A stretch of DNA of 64,000 nucleotides, taken from the NCBI GenBank assembly GCA_977017645.1, contig OZ360243.1, forward strand, positions 4,526,001 through 4,590,000. The letters are read 5' to 3'. Under the pieces are notes generated by a model. The model did no database searches. It was not told the origin of the DNA and saw only the letters and a list, made by a program, of their open reading frames with translations. Positions 24,505 through 37,471 of the stretch are shown one piece after another. The stretch is from Torpedo marmorata (lineage: Eukaryota). A program made the position numbers and the translations under genes. Every line of letters begins with the position of its first letter. Positions within the stretch are counted from its first letter, which is position 1.

Positions 24505-24855
24505 AAACGTCCCACTGATCACCGTGGGAATGGAAATGTCCCACTAATCACCGTGGGAACGGAAATGTCCCAGTGATCACTGAGGGAATGGAAACGTCCC
24601 ACTGATCACCGTGGGAACGGAAACGTCCCACTGATCACCGTGGGAACGGAAATGTCCCAGTGATCACTGTGGGAATGGAAACGTCCCACTAATCACCGTG
24701 GGAACGGAAACGTCCCACTGATCACCGTGGGAACGGAAACGTCCCACTGATCACTGTGGGAACGGAAATGTCCCACTGATCACTGTGGGAATAGAAACGT
24801 CCCACTGATCACTGTGGGAATGGAAACGTCCCACTGATCACTGTGGGAATAGAAA
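24505..24855. repeat. 29-bp minisatellite (TCCCACTGATCACCGTGGGAACGGAAACG) x ~12
   Basis: Direct tandem copies, each with an internal TCCCAC...GTGGGA inverted repeat. Confidence 0.96.
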
Positions 24856-25319
24856 GCCGGTACAGTTTTCCCAATGTACATGCCAGTAGTGGGTCGTGAG
24901 TGGGGGAGAGTGTGGGGTTGTCATTTTTTGGGGGCTGTGTGGGATTTGGGGATGGAGGGTTTTGGGGTGGAGGGTGTGGGGGTGGAGGGTGTGGGGCATG
25001 GTGAATTTCGGAGTGCGGGTGTGGCCGGGCTCAGAGTCAGGTGGCTAGGGTCAGACTCAACAGTGGTTGGGGTCAGGTTGGGGTTCAGATCGAGAGTATC
25101 CGGGATCAGTAGAGGTCAGGGTCGAGGTGAGGGCCTGAGTCAGATTGAGAGTGGTCAGGGTTGGGAGTGGCCGAGTCAGGGTCAGGAAGGTTCAGGGTCG
25201 GGTGTGGCCGGGGACAGGAGGGGTCAGGGTCAGAGTCGGGAGTGGCCGGGGTCAGAGTATGAGTGGCTGGGGTCAGTGCGGGGAGTGGTGGGGTTGTTTG
25301 GGAGTTGCCGGGGTCAGAG

Positions 25320-26010
25320 TCCAGAGTGACCGGGGTCAGGGTGGGGAGAGGTCGGTGTCAGGGTGGGGAGTGACCGGTGTCAGGGTCAGAAGTGGCAGGG
25401 GTCAGGGTGGGGAGTGAGGTCGTGGTCTGGGTGGCGAGTGACCGGGATCAGGGTGGGAGTGACCGGGGGTGGGAGTGACTGGGGTCAGGGTGGGGAGTGA
25501 CTGGTGTCGGGGTGGGGAGTGACCGGGTTCAGGGTGGGAGTGACCATGGTCGGGAGTGACCGGGGTCAGGGGTGGGAGTGAGGTCGTGATCTGTGTGGGG
25601 AGTGACCAGGGTCAGGGTGAGGAGTGACCGGGGTCATGGTGGGGAGTGACCAGGGTGGGGAGTGACTGGGGTCAGGGTGGGGAGTGACCAGGGTGGGGAG
25701 TGACCAGGGTCAGGGTGAGGAGTGACTGGGGTCATGGTGGGGAGTGACCAGGGTGGGGAGTGACTGGGGTCAAGGTGGGGAGTGACCGGGGTCGGGTGGG
25801 AGTGACTGGGGTCATGGTGGGGAGTGACCAGGGTGGGGAGTGACTGGGGTCATGGTGGGGAGTGACCGGGGTCGGGTGGGAGTGACTGGGGTCATGGTGG
25901 GGAGTGACCAGGGTGGGGAGTGACTGTGGTCGGGGTGGGGAGTGACTGGGGTCAAGGTGGGGAGTGACCGGGGTCGGGTGGGAGTGACCGGGGTCAGGGT
26001 AGGGAGCGAC
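25320..26010. repeat. G-rich degenerate tandem repeat (GGGGTCAGGGTGGGGAGTGACC-like)
   Basis: Recurrent GGGAGTGAC motif with G3-G4 runs. Confidence 0.9.
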
Positions 26011-26118
26011 AGGGGTTAGGTTCATGAGTGGTCAGGTTTAGATCTTGAGTGGCAGGGCTCAGGGTTGCGAGTGGTCAGGGTCAGAAGTGCACAAGGTCAG
26101 ATCAGCTGTGTCCGGGGT

Positions 26119-26830
26119 CACTGCTTCATTTCACACTTATCCGGATTGAACTCCATCTGCCACTTCACTGCCCAACTCTGCATCCCGTCTATATTCTGTT
26201 ATAACCTACCACAACTTTCTGCACTATCCACAACACCTCCAACCTTTGTGTCATCTCCAAACTTACTGACCCATCCCACTACCTCTTCGTCCAGGTCATT
26301 TATAAAAATCACAAAGAGCAGGGGTCCCAGAACAGATCCCTGCAGAACTCCACTAGTTACTGACCTCCTGGCAGATTGTGTTCCATCTACTTCTCCCCTC
26401 TGCTTTCACAGGCAAGCCAATTCTGAATCCACACAGCCAAGGTTCCACGGGTCCCATGCTTCATGACTTTCTGAATGAGTCTACCAATGGGAGTATATTT
26501 GCCATTTTACAATCCTCCGGTACCTGCCCTGTGGCCAGGGAGGGCACAGAGATCATTGCCAACGACCAGCAATCTCTTCGCTCGCTTACCGTAATAACCT
26601 GGGGTATATCTTATCTGGTCCTTGGGACTTATCAATCCAAATACTTTGAACAAGGTCTAGCACTTCCTCTTTCTTAACCTCAAGATGCTCCAGCACACAA
26701 GACTGTTGGACACTGACCTCACAATCACCAAGGTGAACTCTCTCAGATGAACACATATGCAAGGTATTCACTTAGAACCTCCCTCACCTCTTCTGCCTCC
26801 AGGTGCATGTGCCCCCTTTATCCTTACCTT
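26119..26830 (-). mobile_element. Degenerate CR1 RT fragments
   Basis: Minus-strand remnants such as IDKSQGPDKIYPR and the MEFN region. Confidence 0.8.
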
Positions 26831-26987
26831 TTTACCTCACAGCAGCCTTGTCCACTGAGACAAGAACTGGATTAAGGGTGAAAGGGGAAACGTTTAAAGG
26901 GAACATTACGGGGAACTTCTTCACGCAGAGAGTGGTGAGGGTGTGAAATGAGCTGCCAGCTGAAGTGGTGAATGCAGGCTCGATTTT

Positions 26988-27715
26988 GCATCAGTTATAT
27001 CTGACACCACAGAAGTTACATAAAATAAAACCAGAATTATCTGATCAATGTTTTAGATGTGGTGAAGATGTAGGTTCTTTTATACATTCAACTTGGTCTT
27101 GCCCCAAGGTAAAAACCTTTTGGTTAGGTATACGAAATTTTTTAGAACAAGTTACAGGAATTGTATTTCCACAAACCCCTGATTTAGCTCTTTTAGGGAA
27201 TTTGAGGGTGCAAGACCTAAATTGAAACTATCAAATTATCAATTGATATTTGTTAAATTAGCTTTAGCAGTAGCGAGGAAATGTATCGCTGTGACTTGGA
27301 AATCTGATACATCCTTGGATATGCAAAGGTGGCATGCTGAAATTCAAAGTTGTATTCCTTTAGAAAAAATTACATATAATTTGAGGAATAAATATTCTAC
27401 TTTTTTGCAAATATGGTGCCCGTATACCCAAATAATGAGATTAAATCTGTAAAGATGTTTTAAACACCTCCAGAACTGCGAGATCATCCTCTAAATGTAT
27501 TTATATGATATTTTGAGATGTGTTGCGAGCGGTGCTCCTCTATGCAATCTAAAAATTTCTTTCTTCTTTTTTCTTTCTATTTTCTTTTTTTTTATACTCA
27601 TAGATATTTGTGATATAAATGCATATTTTGTTGGGGGGGGTGGTGTTGGGGGGAGGGGAGAAGGGATGGGATAAAATTGTATTATTAAAAATTTTAAATA
27701 AAATATTCAAAAACA
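26988..27715 (+). mobile_element. L1-clade 3' fragment inserted into a CR1 3' end
   Basis: CFRC...HSTWSCP zinc knuckle and CIPLEKITYNLR; CR1 tail on both sides (26865-26987 and about 27727-27870). Confidence 0.85.
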
Positions 27716-29438
27716 CAGAAAGCAACATTTGGACAGGTACATGGATGGGAGGGGTATGGAGGACTATGGTCCAGGTGCAGATCAACGTGACTAGGCAGAA
27801 TAATAGTTCGGCACGGACTTGATGGGCCAAAAGGCCTGTTTCTGTGCTCTCGTGTTCTGTGGACCTATGAGTGTGAGGAACAAACAAATTTAGAAAGAAA
27901 ACTTAAGTCAGTGCGACAGGAAGAGTTGATGAGGCACGTGGGAGAAGTGTGCATCTGATTCAACACAAGGAGCATGACGAGGAAGGCAGATGAACTGGGG
28001 CATTGATGAGCACTCAGGGATGGATAATATTGTGGCTGTCAGCAAGGCAAAACTGGCAGCTCAATGTGGCAGCGATAGAATCCTTAGGTGTGAGAGAAAT
28101 GGATGCAAAATAGGAGCTGATTCTGAAATATTGATAAAGGAGTCCATTACTGCAGTGACAAGGGAGGGCCTATTTGAGACAATTCTTCACACGAGGCCTT
28201 GTGGGTGAAGCTTGGACACAAACAGGAGTGAGCTCGTGGCTGGGTGTCCCAGCAGCCGCAGAGGAGTGGATGTGTTGGCAAATCACAGAGAGAGGTTAAA
28301 ACAATAATAAAGTTATATTTTAACTCAGATTTGTTTAGTTTGGAACGGTCAGAGAGATAGGATCTTTCAAGTGCCCAGGAGACCTTCTTCAGCCAGGCAG
28401 TGCTGGGCCTAAGCTGAGGGGACGTAGCGATGGGCGTGTGAGTGGGAGAGCACACGAGGGGCGGTGACCCTGGAAGACAAGGGTGGGTTGGAAATAAATT
28501 GGGGGACAACTGATCTCAATATAATAAGACAGGGGCTGGCAAAAGGGAACTGGGTGCGGCTCCTTACAGCCAAGTCTCTAGGTGACTAGTGGGAGTCGTT
28601 GAAGGCTGAAGCAGAGCCCAGGGCCACTGTGTTCCAGTCAGGGTGAAGGGTGAAAGCATTGTCGAAGGAACCCTGGATGTCGAGGGACATGGAGGGTTGG
28701 ATGTGGCAGAGATTGAAAACAGGAGAGGCCCTGTATTAGGAGAGAGGGAGGTGGGGGGGAGGGGCCCTCGTGGGGAAAATAGGGGAGCATAAAATAGCAC
28801 TGGCAAATAAAGGAAAATCCCAAAGCCGCTTGTAAGTATATTGAGAGCTAAAGGGGAACCAGGCACATGAGAGGCCAAATCTGTGTGTGTAGCCAGCGGT
28901 CGTAGGTGAGGCCTCCTCTGTCACTGAGAAAGAGGTAACGGCATTGAGATTTACAGTGAATGGGCAGCGTAGTTTATCCGGGCTCGTGACCATTTTGAGG
29001 AGCAGGAGCCAGGTAGCTGGTCAGGCAGGGGAGGTGCAACACCTTCCTGGTTTGTGGAGGCCATAGAGCTTTGGGCAGACTAACAGCTCCCAGGTTTGTT
29101 TCTGCACCAATCAGCAGTGGTGCCCAAGGGACAATGCAAGGCTTGGGCCTGGGACAGTGGAACCTGCTGGTCTGCACCCTGCCTATGGAGCTGGCACAAG
29201 CTCCCTGTCTGCCACAGGCCAGAGCACCTGGTCAAACTTCAGTCTCAGTTGTGACTGGCTCCTATCTCCAGCTCTGTCATGTTGACCCGTGTGCTGCACA
29301 AACATTGCTTGCAGTTGAAGGTCGTTGCTGTAAACCATTGAACAAAGGGCAGAGCACCTCCTACCACACACAAGGTCACTCTCCAAACGGGAGGCCCCAC
29401 AGTTCGTGAAGTCTGCCAGTGGGGATAGTTTTCACAAA

Positions 29439-29688
29439 GGGCAGCACGGTTGGCGTAGCGGTTAGCGCAACGCCTTTACAGCACCAGCGATTGGGACCGG
29501 GGTTCGAATCCTGCGCTGTCTGTAAGGAGTTTGTACATTCTCCGCGTGTCTGCGTGGGTTTTCCCCGGGTGCTCCGGTTTCCTCCCACCGTTCAAAACGT
29601 ACCGGGGGTGCATATTAATTGGGTGTAAATTGGGCAGCACGGACACCTGGGCCGAAATAGTCTGTTACCATGCTTTATGTCTAAAAAT
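29439..29688 (+). mobile_element. tRNA-derived V-SINE (HE1-like), near full length
   Basis: A-box TGGCGTAGCGG, B-box GGTTCGAATCC, V-domain GTGTCTGCGTGGGTTTT-CCCGGGTGCTCCGGTTTCCTCCCAC, CR1-like tail. Confidence 0.9.
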
Positions 29689-30180
29689 GGCATCATATAA
29701 TGGATGATGGTGAATTGGTGTCACCGCTACATCTTTTCCTCACCCTTTTTCCCATTCCCCTCTCTCCTGATCTGTCACTCAATTACACATCCCCGACAAC
29801 AGCTCTTCGAGGGAAGCAAGTTACAGACTTGCACTGCCTTTGTAAGGAAGTATTAAAATGGGCTAAAACAAAGCACACTCCGCTGGATGAACTCAGCAGG
29901 TCGAGCAGCATCATTGGGAGAAAAAGAACGGTCGCCGTTTTGAGCCGATGTTTGGTGTAGGGTTTTGACCCAAAACATCAACTGTTTTTTTCTCTCCCAC
30001 TGATGTTGCTCGACCCACTAAGTACCCCCAGTGGAGTGGGTTTTTCTCCAGATTCCAATGTCCGCAGCCTCCTGTTTTTCCAGCATTAAAACGGCTTGGC
30101 TGTAGCAGCAGCAACCTGACATTTGGCCGATGTGTTTTGCCAGGGGCACCCTCTTGCTGAGTGCTCACTTTGTGTTAGTT

Positions 30181-30468
30181 CGTATCTCTCAACCTGTGGT
30201 CCACTGGTGGCCCGGTTATAAGGTGGTCCTCAGTGACACGGCCGAGACAAATGTAACTGATAGAATAATGTGCAAAGCTAGGTTTTAAATTTGATGACAA
30301 AACATTTCCCCACTAAAACAAAACGTAAATCCCGTTGGTGATCTGGGAAGGGGCTTAATCTGGCCAACCCTACCCCCCACCACTTGTGCTCTGTGGGTTT
30401 GTTTAGGTGGTCCGGGATTTGTCAAGGAATACTTAAAGCGGTGAGGGGTAGGTGGTTGAGAACCGCTG
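30181..30468. mobile_element. hAT/Charlie-type non-autonomous DNA transposon remnant
   Basis: Right TIR GGTTGAGAACCGCTG followed by GTCTGGAC (Charlie-like target); left TIR degenerate (TCTCAACC). Confidence 0.6.
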
Positions 30469-31650
30469 GTCTGGACGGTTGTGGGCTTGTCTTTGTCCAT
30501 TAAGCGTACTGGGAGCGTACTGTTAACCTGACCCCTGTCCACCCTGTCAAATGTCAAAGTTCCCCCAGCATTCTCTTACAGTGAAGTCAGAATGTCCTCC
30601 CTGGTAAACAGTGAACCGCGGGAGAGACTCGTGGAGAAAAATAGTTAACGCTTCAGGTCGGGCCCTTCATCAAGACGGTCTCAATCCGCAAAGCTGACTT
30701 TCCATTTCTCTCCCTGGATGCTGCTTGACCTGTTGAGTCTCTCCAACCTCTCTTTGTTGGCTCAAGACTCCAGCATGTGCAGTTTCCTGTGCATGTGGAG
30801 TTCTCTGTGGCACATGGAGGTGGGGAATCGCCTGACTCCCCCTCTCCGCAGCCACTTACCAGTTCATCGTTCAGCTGCGGAGTAACTCTGGCTCCATAAT
30901 GTCATAATAACCCAGAGTAGGTGGTGGAGATGGCAGCACAGGCAGTGGTGAAAGGGATGGATGGCTTGGAGTTTGTCAAATGTATTCAGGAAAGTTTTCT
31001 AAATCAATATATAGAGGTACCAACGAGAGAGGATGTAGTACTTGATCTCCTATTAGGGAACAAGTCAGGTCAGGTGACAGACACATGTGTAGGCGAACAT
31101 TTTGGGTCCAGTGACCATAATGTCATTAGCTTCAAGTTAATTATGGAAAAGGATAAGTCTGGTCCTCATGTTGGGATTCTAAATTGGAGGAAGGCAAATT
31201 TTGTGGAAATGAGAAAGGATCTAGGAAGAGTAGATTGGGATATGTTGTTTTCTGGCAAGGGTGTGTTCAGTCAGTGGATGGCCTTCAAAGACAAAATTCT
31301 GAGAGTGCAGAGTTTGCATGTTCCTGTTAGGATTAAAGGCAAAGTTAACAGGCATAGGGAACCCTGGTTTTCAAGGGATATTGGCGATCTGGTTAAGAAG
31401 AAGAGGGAGATGTATAGCAAGTATAGGCAACAAGGAGCTAATGAGGTACTTGAAAAGTACAGAAAATGCAAGAAAATACTCAAGAAGGAAATCAGGAAGG
31501 CAAAAAGAAGATATGAGGTCGCTTTGGCAGAAAATGTGAAGGTAAACCCGAAGGGTTTCTACAAGTATATTAAGAGTAAAAGGAGGATCAAGAATGAATG
31601 GGAACGTGATTTCAATGTTACATTTTCAGATGAAGACTGGTATCATACTC

Positions 31651-32053
31651 TTTTTTTAAAATATTTTATTTAAAATTTAAAATCACACGATAATACATGT
31701 TTATAAAATACAAAATTATCAAAATACATGTGATATATTTTCACCCTCCCCTCCCTCCCTCCCTTCCCCCTCCCTAACCCACGCACCCCCTCTACTCTAC
31801 TAAAAAGAAAGAAAAGAAAGAAAAAAGAATAGAGTGTGGAGAATGTCATTCTAAAAGAAAACAACTATAAATTAATTTTATTGTGGAACGCAGGTTTGCC
31901 AGTCAGACCCGATATCAAGAGATCTTCAAATCCTTAAACCCACAGTTTTTATATCTGGGCTCCATACCTTCAAAAAGAAATGATATTTATTACGTAAATT
32001 ATAGGTAATTTTTTCAAGTGGTATACATGAACGAAGTTCTGCATGCCATCTTT
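31651..32053 (-). mobile_element. Short L1-clade 3' fragment
   Basis: Poly-T start; end of ORF2 (SCIPLEKITYNLRNKY) similar to the adjacent copy. Confidence 0.8.
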
Positions 32054-33610
32054 CTTTTTTTAAAATTTTATTTAAATTTTTAAATCACAAAATACATAGA
32101 ATAAAATACATATATTTGAAAATACATGTGATATACATTTTCTCCCCCCCTTCCCACCCTCCCCTCCCTAACCCCTACATCCCCACTACTCTAAAAAAAA
32201 ATATATAGTAAAAGAGAAAAAGAAAAAAGAAAGATAGAAAAATAGAGTGAGGAGAAAACAAGCTACAAACTAATTCTACCATAGAGGTTATTTTCGCCAG
32301 TGGATCCGATATCCAGAGAATTTAAATTGTTAAACCCATAATTCTCATATATGGGCCCCAAATTTTCAAGAAAAAATGATATTTATTACGCAAATTATAG
32401 GTAATTTTTTCTAATGGTATACATGAACGTAATTCTGCATGCCATCTTTCTAAATTTAAATCTACATCTGACTTCCAAGTAATAGCTATACACTTTTTCG
32501 AAACTGCTAAAACTATACGCAAAAATTCTAACTGATACATATTTAATCTATTTCTAATACTAAATTTTCTAATATCTCCAAATAAAAATATCATAGGATC
32601 CATCATAAACACAACATTAAAAATTCTCTCTAAAAAATTCTTAACTTTCAACCAAAAGTCTTGAATTTTTGAACATAACCATGTACAGTGAACAAAAGAC
32701 CCTATTTCACTCTTACATCTAAAACACATATCTGATAATGCTGGATTAAATTTCTTTAATTTTTTAGGTGTTAAATATAATTGTTGAAAGAAATTATATT
32801 GTACTAGTCTATGTCTAACATTCAAGACTTTAGTCATACTTAATTTACATAAATCTCTCCAATGATTTTCATCTATATTAACATTTAAGTCTAGTTCCCA
32901 TTTTAATCTAGATTTATGTAACCCTACTTTAGACATCTTTCTCTGAAATAATTTATACATTTGTGATATAAACTTATTAATATTAACTTTAGTAATTAAC
33001 AATTCCAATTCATTTTGTCTTGGTGCTACTAATTCATTCCCTAATATCTCAGTCAAAAAGGCTTTAACTTGAAAATAAACTAACATTGTATTGTCTAGTA
33101 TATTAAATTTTTCTTTTAACCTTTGAAAAGTAACAAATCTACCAGCTTCAAAACAATCTTTCAAGGTCTTAATTCCCTTTTGAAACCATAATTTAAGTAA
33201 CTGATTATCAATAGAGAATGGTATAAGCAAATTTTGGTATATTGATGTATTTAAAGAAATTGATCCTTTCCGACCTATTTCTTTATCTACTTGTGACCAA
33301 ATTTCCAACAAATGTTTAATAATTGGTGAATTTTTCTTTTTAGCTAATAATAGTTTAGAGTTCCACTTATAAATAATCTCTTCTTTATGTATTTCTCCTA
33401 TATTATTCAATTCTATATTAATCCAAGCAGAAGATTTAGTTGAATCAAAAAATTCATTAATAAATTTTAATTGAGCTGCTTTATAGTAATACTGAAAATT
33501 AGGAAGTTGCAATCCTCCCATCTCATAATTCCATGTTAATTTATCTATACTTACTCTTGCCAACTTTCCTTTCCATAAAAATTTCCTAATAACAAATTTT
33601 AAATCTTTTC
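32054..33610 (-). mobile_element. L1-clade ORF2 3' region (open 413-aa frame 32322-33563)
   Basis: GGLQLPNF motif, CFRC...HCTWLC knuckle, 3' UTR and poly-A. Confidence 0.9.
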
Positions 33611-33867
33611 ACGTGAACCAAATATACTTTTGTCCGCATCTTTTTCCACGTTGATAGCCAGACGAGCAATTTTATTGAAATTGAAATATGAGTCACCACT
33701 GACACATAGACAGACAGTGGTTACAGGATGTAATGTCCTATCTGAGTTTGGAGAAAATTAGATATAATATTAAAGATATAAAGTTTCCATTTTTAAAGAT
33801 ATGGGGGCCATTCATAGAATACTATCATGATTGGAAGAATTAATAAAGCTGATTATCCTGAGGAGTC

Positions 33868-34431
33868 ATAAGAACATAAGAAATTAGGAACAGGAGTAGG
33901 CCAACCAGCCCATCGAGCCTGCTCCGCCATTCAATAAGATCATGGCTGATCTGATCAATGACCTAACTCCACCTACCTGCCCTTTCCCCATATCCCCTAA
34001 TTCCTTTTTTATGTAAAAATCTATCCAACTGAACCTTAAATATGTTCAATGAAGCAGCCTCAACCGCTTCCTTGGGTAGAGAATTCTGCAAATTCACCAC
34101 TCTTTGGGAAAAACTGTTTTTCCTCATCTCTGTCCTAAATCTACTCCCCCTAATCTTGAGGCTGTGTCCCCTAGTTTTGGTCTCACCCGCCAGTGAAAAA
34201 AACTTTCCTACCTCTATCCTATCCATCCCCTTCATAATTCTATATGTTTCTATAAGATCTCCTCTCATTCTTCTGAACTCGAGCGAGTATAATCCCAGAC
34301 GATTTAATCTTTCATTATAAGTCAACCCCTTCATCTCAGGGATCAACCTAGTAAACCTCCTCTGGACTGCCTCCAAGGCCAGTATATCCTTCCTCAAATA
34401 TGAGGACCAGAACTGCACACAGTACTCCAGG
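33868..34431 (-). mobile_element. CR1 3' fragment nested in L1
   Basis: LEYCVQFWS...LEAVQRRFTRLIP; (TTCTTATG) tail. Confidence 0.88.
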
Positions 34432-36566
34432 TATTTCATATTTTCAGGATCCATATTTCTTCCCTTTTTTTTTCAATTTTAAGGTAACCTTGTTTAGAGG
34501 GAGGGGTTAAATTAGAATAGTTATTAGCGGATTTTCTTTTTTTTGTTCTTTTTTTTTCTTTTTATTTTATTTTGGATTGTTCCTTTTTTTAGAATATTTA
34601 CACGGAATAAAAGTTTTAACTTGAATTTAGAACTTGGTTAACACGACTTTTTTTTTATATATACATGTATAAACACCAGATGATTTTTCAAATGTTTTTC
34701 TTAACTTGCTATTTTGTATACATGTTTATTTGTTGAGACTCAATAAAAATATTATAAAAAGAAAGAAAAGAGTAAAAGGATAGTAAGGGACAAAATTGGT
34801 CCCCTAGAAGATCAGAGTGGTCAACTATGTGTGGAGCCTCACGAGATGGTGGAGATCTTAAACTGTTTTTTTGCATTAGTATTTACTCAGGAAACTGGCA
34901 TCGTGCATAAGGAAGGAAGGGAAACAAACAGAAGGGTCATGGAACATATGGAGATTAAGGAGGAGGAAGTGCTTGCTGTCTTATAGCGAATAAAGGTAGA
35001 TTATTCCCCTGGGCCGGATATGATATTCCCTCAGACCTTGAGTGAGACTAGTGTAGAAATTGCAGGGGCCCTGGCAGATATATTCAAAATGTCCTTAGCC
35101 ACGGGTGAGGTGCCAGAGGATTGGAGGGTAGCTCATGTTGTCCCGTTGTTTAAAAAAGGCTCCAAAAATAAACCAGGTAATTATAGGCCGGTGAGCCTAA
35201 TGTCAGTAGTAGGTCAATTATTGGAAAGAGTTCTGAGAGATAGGATATATAGGTATTTGGACAGCCATGGGCTGATTAAGGATAGTCATCATGGCTTTGT
35301 GCACGGTAGGTCATGTTTAACGAATCGTAGAGTTTTTCGAGGAGGTTACTAAGAAGGTAGATGAAGGAAAGGCTGTGGATGTTGTCTACGTGGACTTTAA
35401 TAAAGCCTTTGACAAGGTCCCACATGGGAGGTTAGTTCAAAAGGTTAAGACACTAGGTATCCATGGAGAATTTGTAAACTGGATTTGAAATTGGCTGTGT
35501 GGGAGAAAACAGAGAGTGGTAGTGGATGGTTGCTTCTCAGACTGGAGGCCTGTGATTAGTGGTGTGCCTCAGGGATCGGTGCTGGGACCATTGTTGTTTG
35601 TTGTCTATATCAATGATCTGGATGATAATGTGGGAAATTGGATCAGCAAGTTTGCTGATGACACAAAGATAGGAGGCGTTGTGGACAGCGAGGAAGCTTT
35701 TCAAAGCTTGCAGAGGGATCTGGACCAACTGGGAGAATGGGCCAAAAAATGGCAGATGGAGTTTAATGCAGACAAGTGTGAGGTGATGCATTTTGGAAGG
35801 GCAAACCAAGGTAGGACATACACAGTAAATGGTAGGGTGCCGATGAATGCGGAGGAGCAGAGAGATCTGGGAATACAGATACATAATTCCCTGATGGTGA
35901 CGTCGCAGGTTGACAGGGTTGTAAAGAAAGCTTTTGGCATCTTAGCCTTTATAAATCAAAGTATTGAGTAGAGGAGTTGGGATGTTATGTTGAAGTTGTT
36001 TAAGACAATGGTGAGGCCAAATTTGGGATATTGTGCGCAGTTCACGTCACCTAACTACAGGAAGGATATCAGTAAGATTGAAAGAGTGCAGAGAAGATTT
36101 ACTGGGATGTTGCCAGGTCTTCAGGAGTTGAGTTACAGGGAAAGGTTAAACAGGTTAGGACTTTATTCCTTGGAGCGAAGACGAATGAGGAGAGATTTGA
36201 TAGAGGTTTACCAGATTATGAGGTATAGACAGAGTGGATGCAAGTAGGCTTTTTCCACTTAGATTTGGGGAGATAAATACGAGAGGTCATAGTTTTAAGA
36301 TGAAAGGGGAAAGATTTAGGGAGAACATTAGGGGAAAGTTCTTCACTCAGAGAGTGATGGGAGTGTGGAATGGGCTGCCATCTGATGTGGTGAATGCGGG
36401 CTCGATCTTGAGTTTTAAGAATAAATTGGATAGATACATGGATGGGAGAGGTCTGGAGGGTTATTGAATGGGAGCAGGTCAATGGGACTAGTGGAATAAT
36501 GGTCGGCACAGACTAGAAGGGCCGAATGCCTGTTTTTCTGTGCTGTAGCGTTCTATGGTTCTATGG

Positions 36567-37470
36567 TACGCTCCAATTGCAGGATGTGGGAAATCTGGGA
36601 CAGCACAAGTGTCCCTGATGATTACACCGGCAAGAGGTGCATCCAGCTGCAGCTCCTTATAGACCGTGTTAGGGAACTGGAGCTGGAGCTGGATGATCTC
36701 TGAATCATTGAGGAGCCAGAGGGGGTGATATAGACAGAAGCTAGAAGGAGGCAGCCACCCTCAAAAGGCAAGAGGCAGGTAACTGGGTGACTGTTAGGAG
36801 AAGGAAGGGGAATAGGCAGTCAGCACAGAGCACCCCTGTTGCCATTCCCCTCAACAATAAGTACATCATTTTGGATACTGTTAGTGGGGGGGCAGGGGGA
36901 AATGATCCGCCAGGGACGTCATAGTGGACAGGTCTCTGGCACAGAGTCTGGCCCTTCGTCTAAGAAGGGAAGGGGGGAGAAGAGTGATTGGGGATTCGCT
37001 AGTTAGACGAACAGATAGGAGGTTCTGTGAATGAGATCGAGGCTCCAGGATGGTATGTTGCCTCTAAGTGCCAGGGTCAGGGACGTCTCTAATCGAGTCC
37101 ACAGCATTCTCAAGCAGGAGGGTGAGCAGCCAGATGTCGTGGTCCACGTTGGTACTGATGTCATAGACAGGAAAAGGGATGAGGTCCTGAAGAAGAAATA
37201 TAGAGAGTTAGGAAGGAAGCTAAAAAGCAGGACCTCAAGTGTGGTAATCTCGGGATTGCTGCCTGTGCCACACGTCAGAGAGGGTAGGAATAGGAAGTTA
37301 TGGCATATGAATGCGTGGCTGGAGTTGGGGCAGGAGTTCAGATTTGAGGATCATTGGGATCTCTTCTGGAAAAGTATGTTTGCACAAAAAGAACGGGCTG
37401 GAGAGGGACCAATATCCTGGCAGGCAGGTTTGGTAGAGCTGTTGGGGAGGGTTTAAACTAGTTTGGCTCA
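36567..37470 (+). mobile_element. CR1 ORF1 region (zinc finger / SGNH esterase-like), degenerate
   Basis: VIGDSLVR, ARVRDVS, EQPDVVVHVGTD and VVISGLLPVP remnants. Confidence 0.8.
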
Positions 37471-37471
37471 G

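Larger units (their letters stand above)
31585..34767 (+). mobile_element. L1-clade insertion with 13-bp TSD that itself hosts further insertions
   Basis: AAGAGTAAAAGGA at 31572-31584 and 34768-34780; AATAAA plus A-rich tail at 34742-34767. Confidence 0.85.
30950..36566 (+). mobile_element. CR1 LINE ORF2 (EN-RT) interrupted by a nested L1/CR1 block
   Basis: Homologous to ORF 19856-22660; breaks at 31584 and resumes at 34768-34780; TTCTATGG tail near 36551-36567. Confidence 0.92.

Noticed and set aside
24505-24855. CRISPR-like look of short palindromic repeats (also the 32/33-bp arrays)
   Set aside because: Units are head to tail with no unique spacers, there are no cas genes, and the context is vertebrate.
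29439-29520. Possible tRNA gene (A and B boxes)
   Set aside because: Continues directly into a V-SINE core and LINE-like tail; it is a SINE head.
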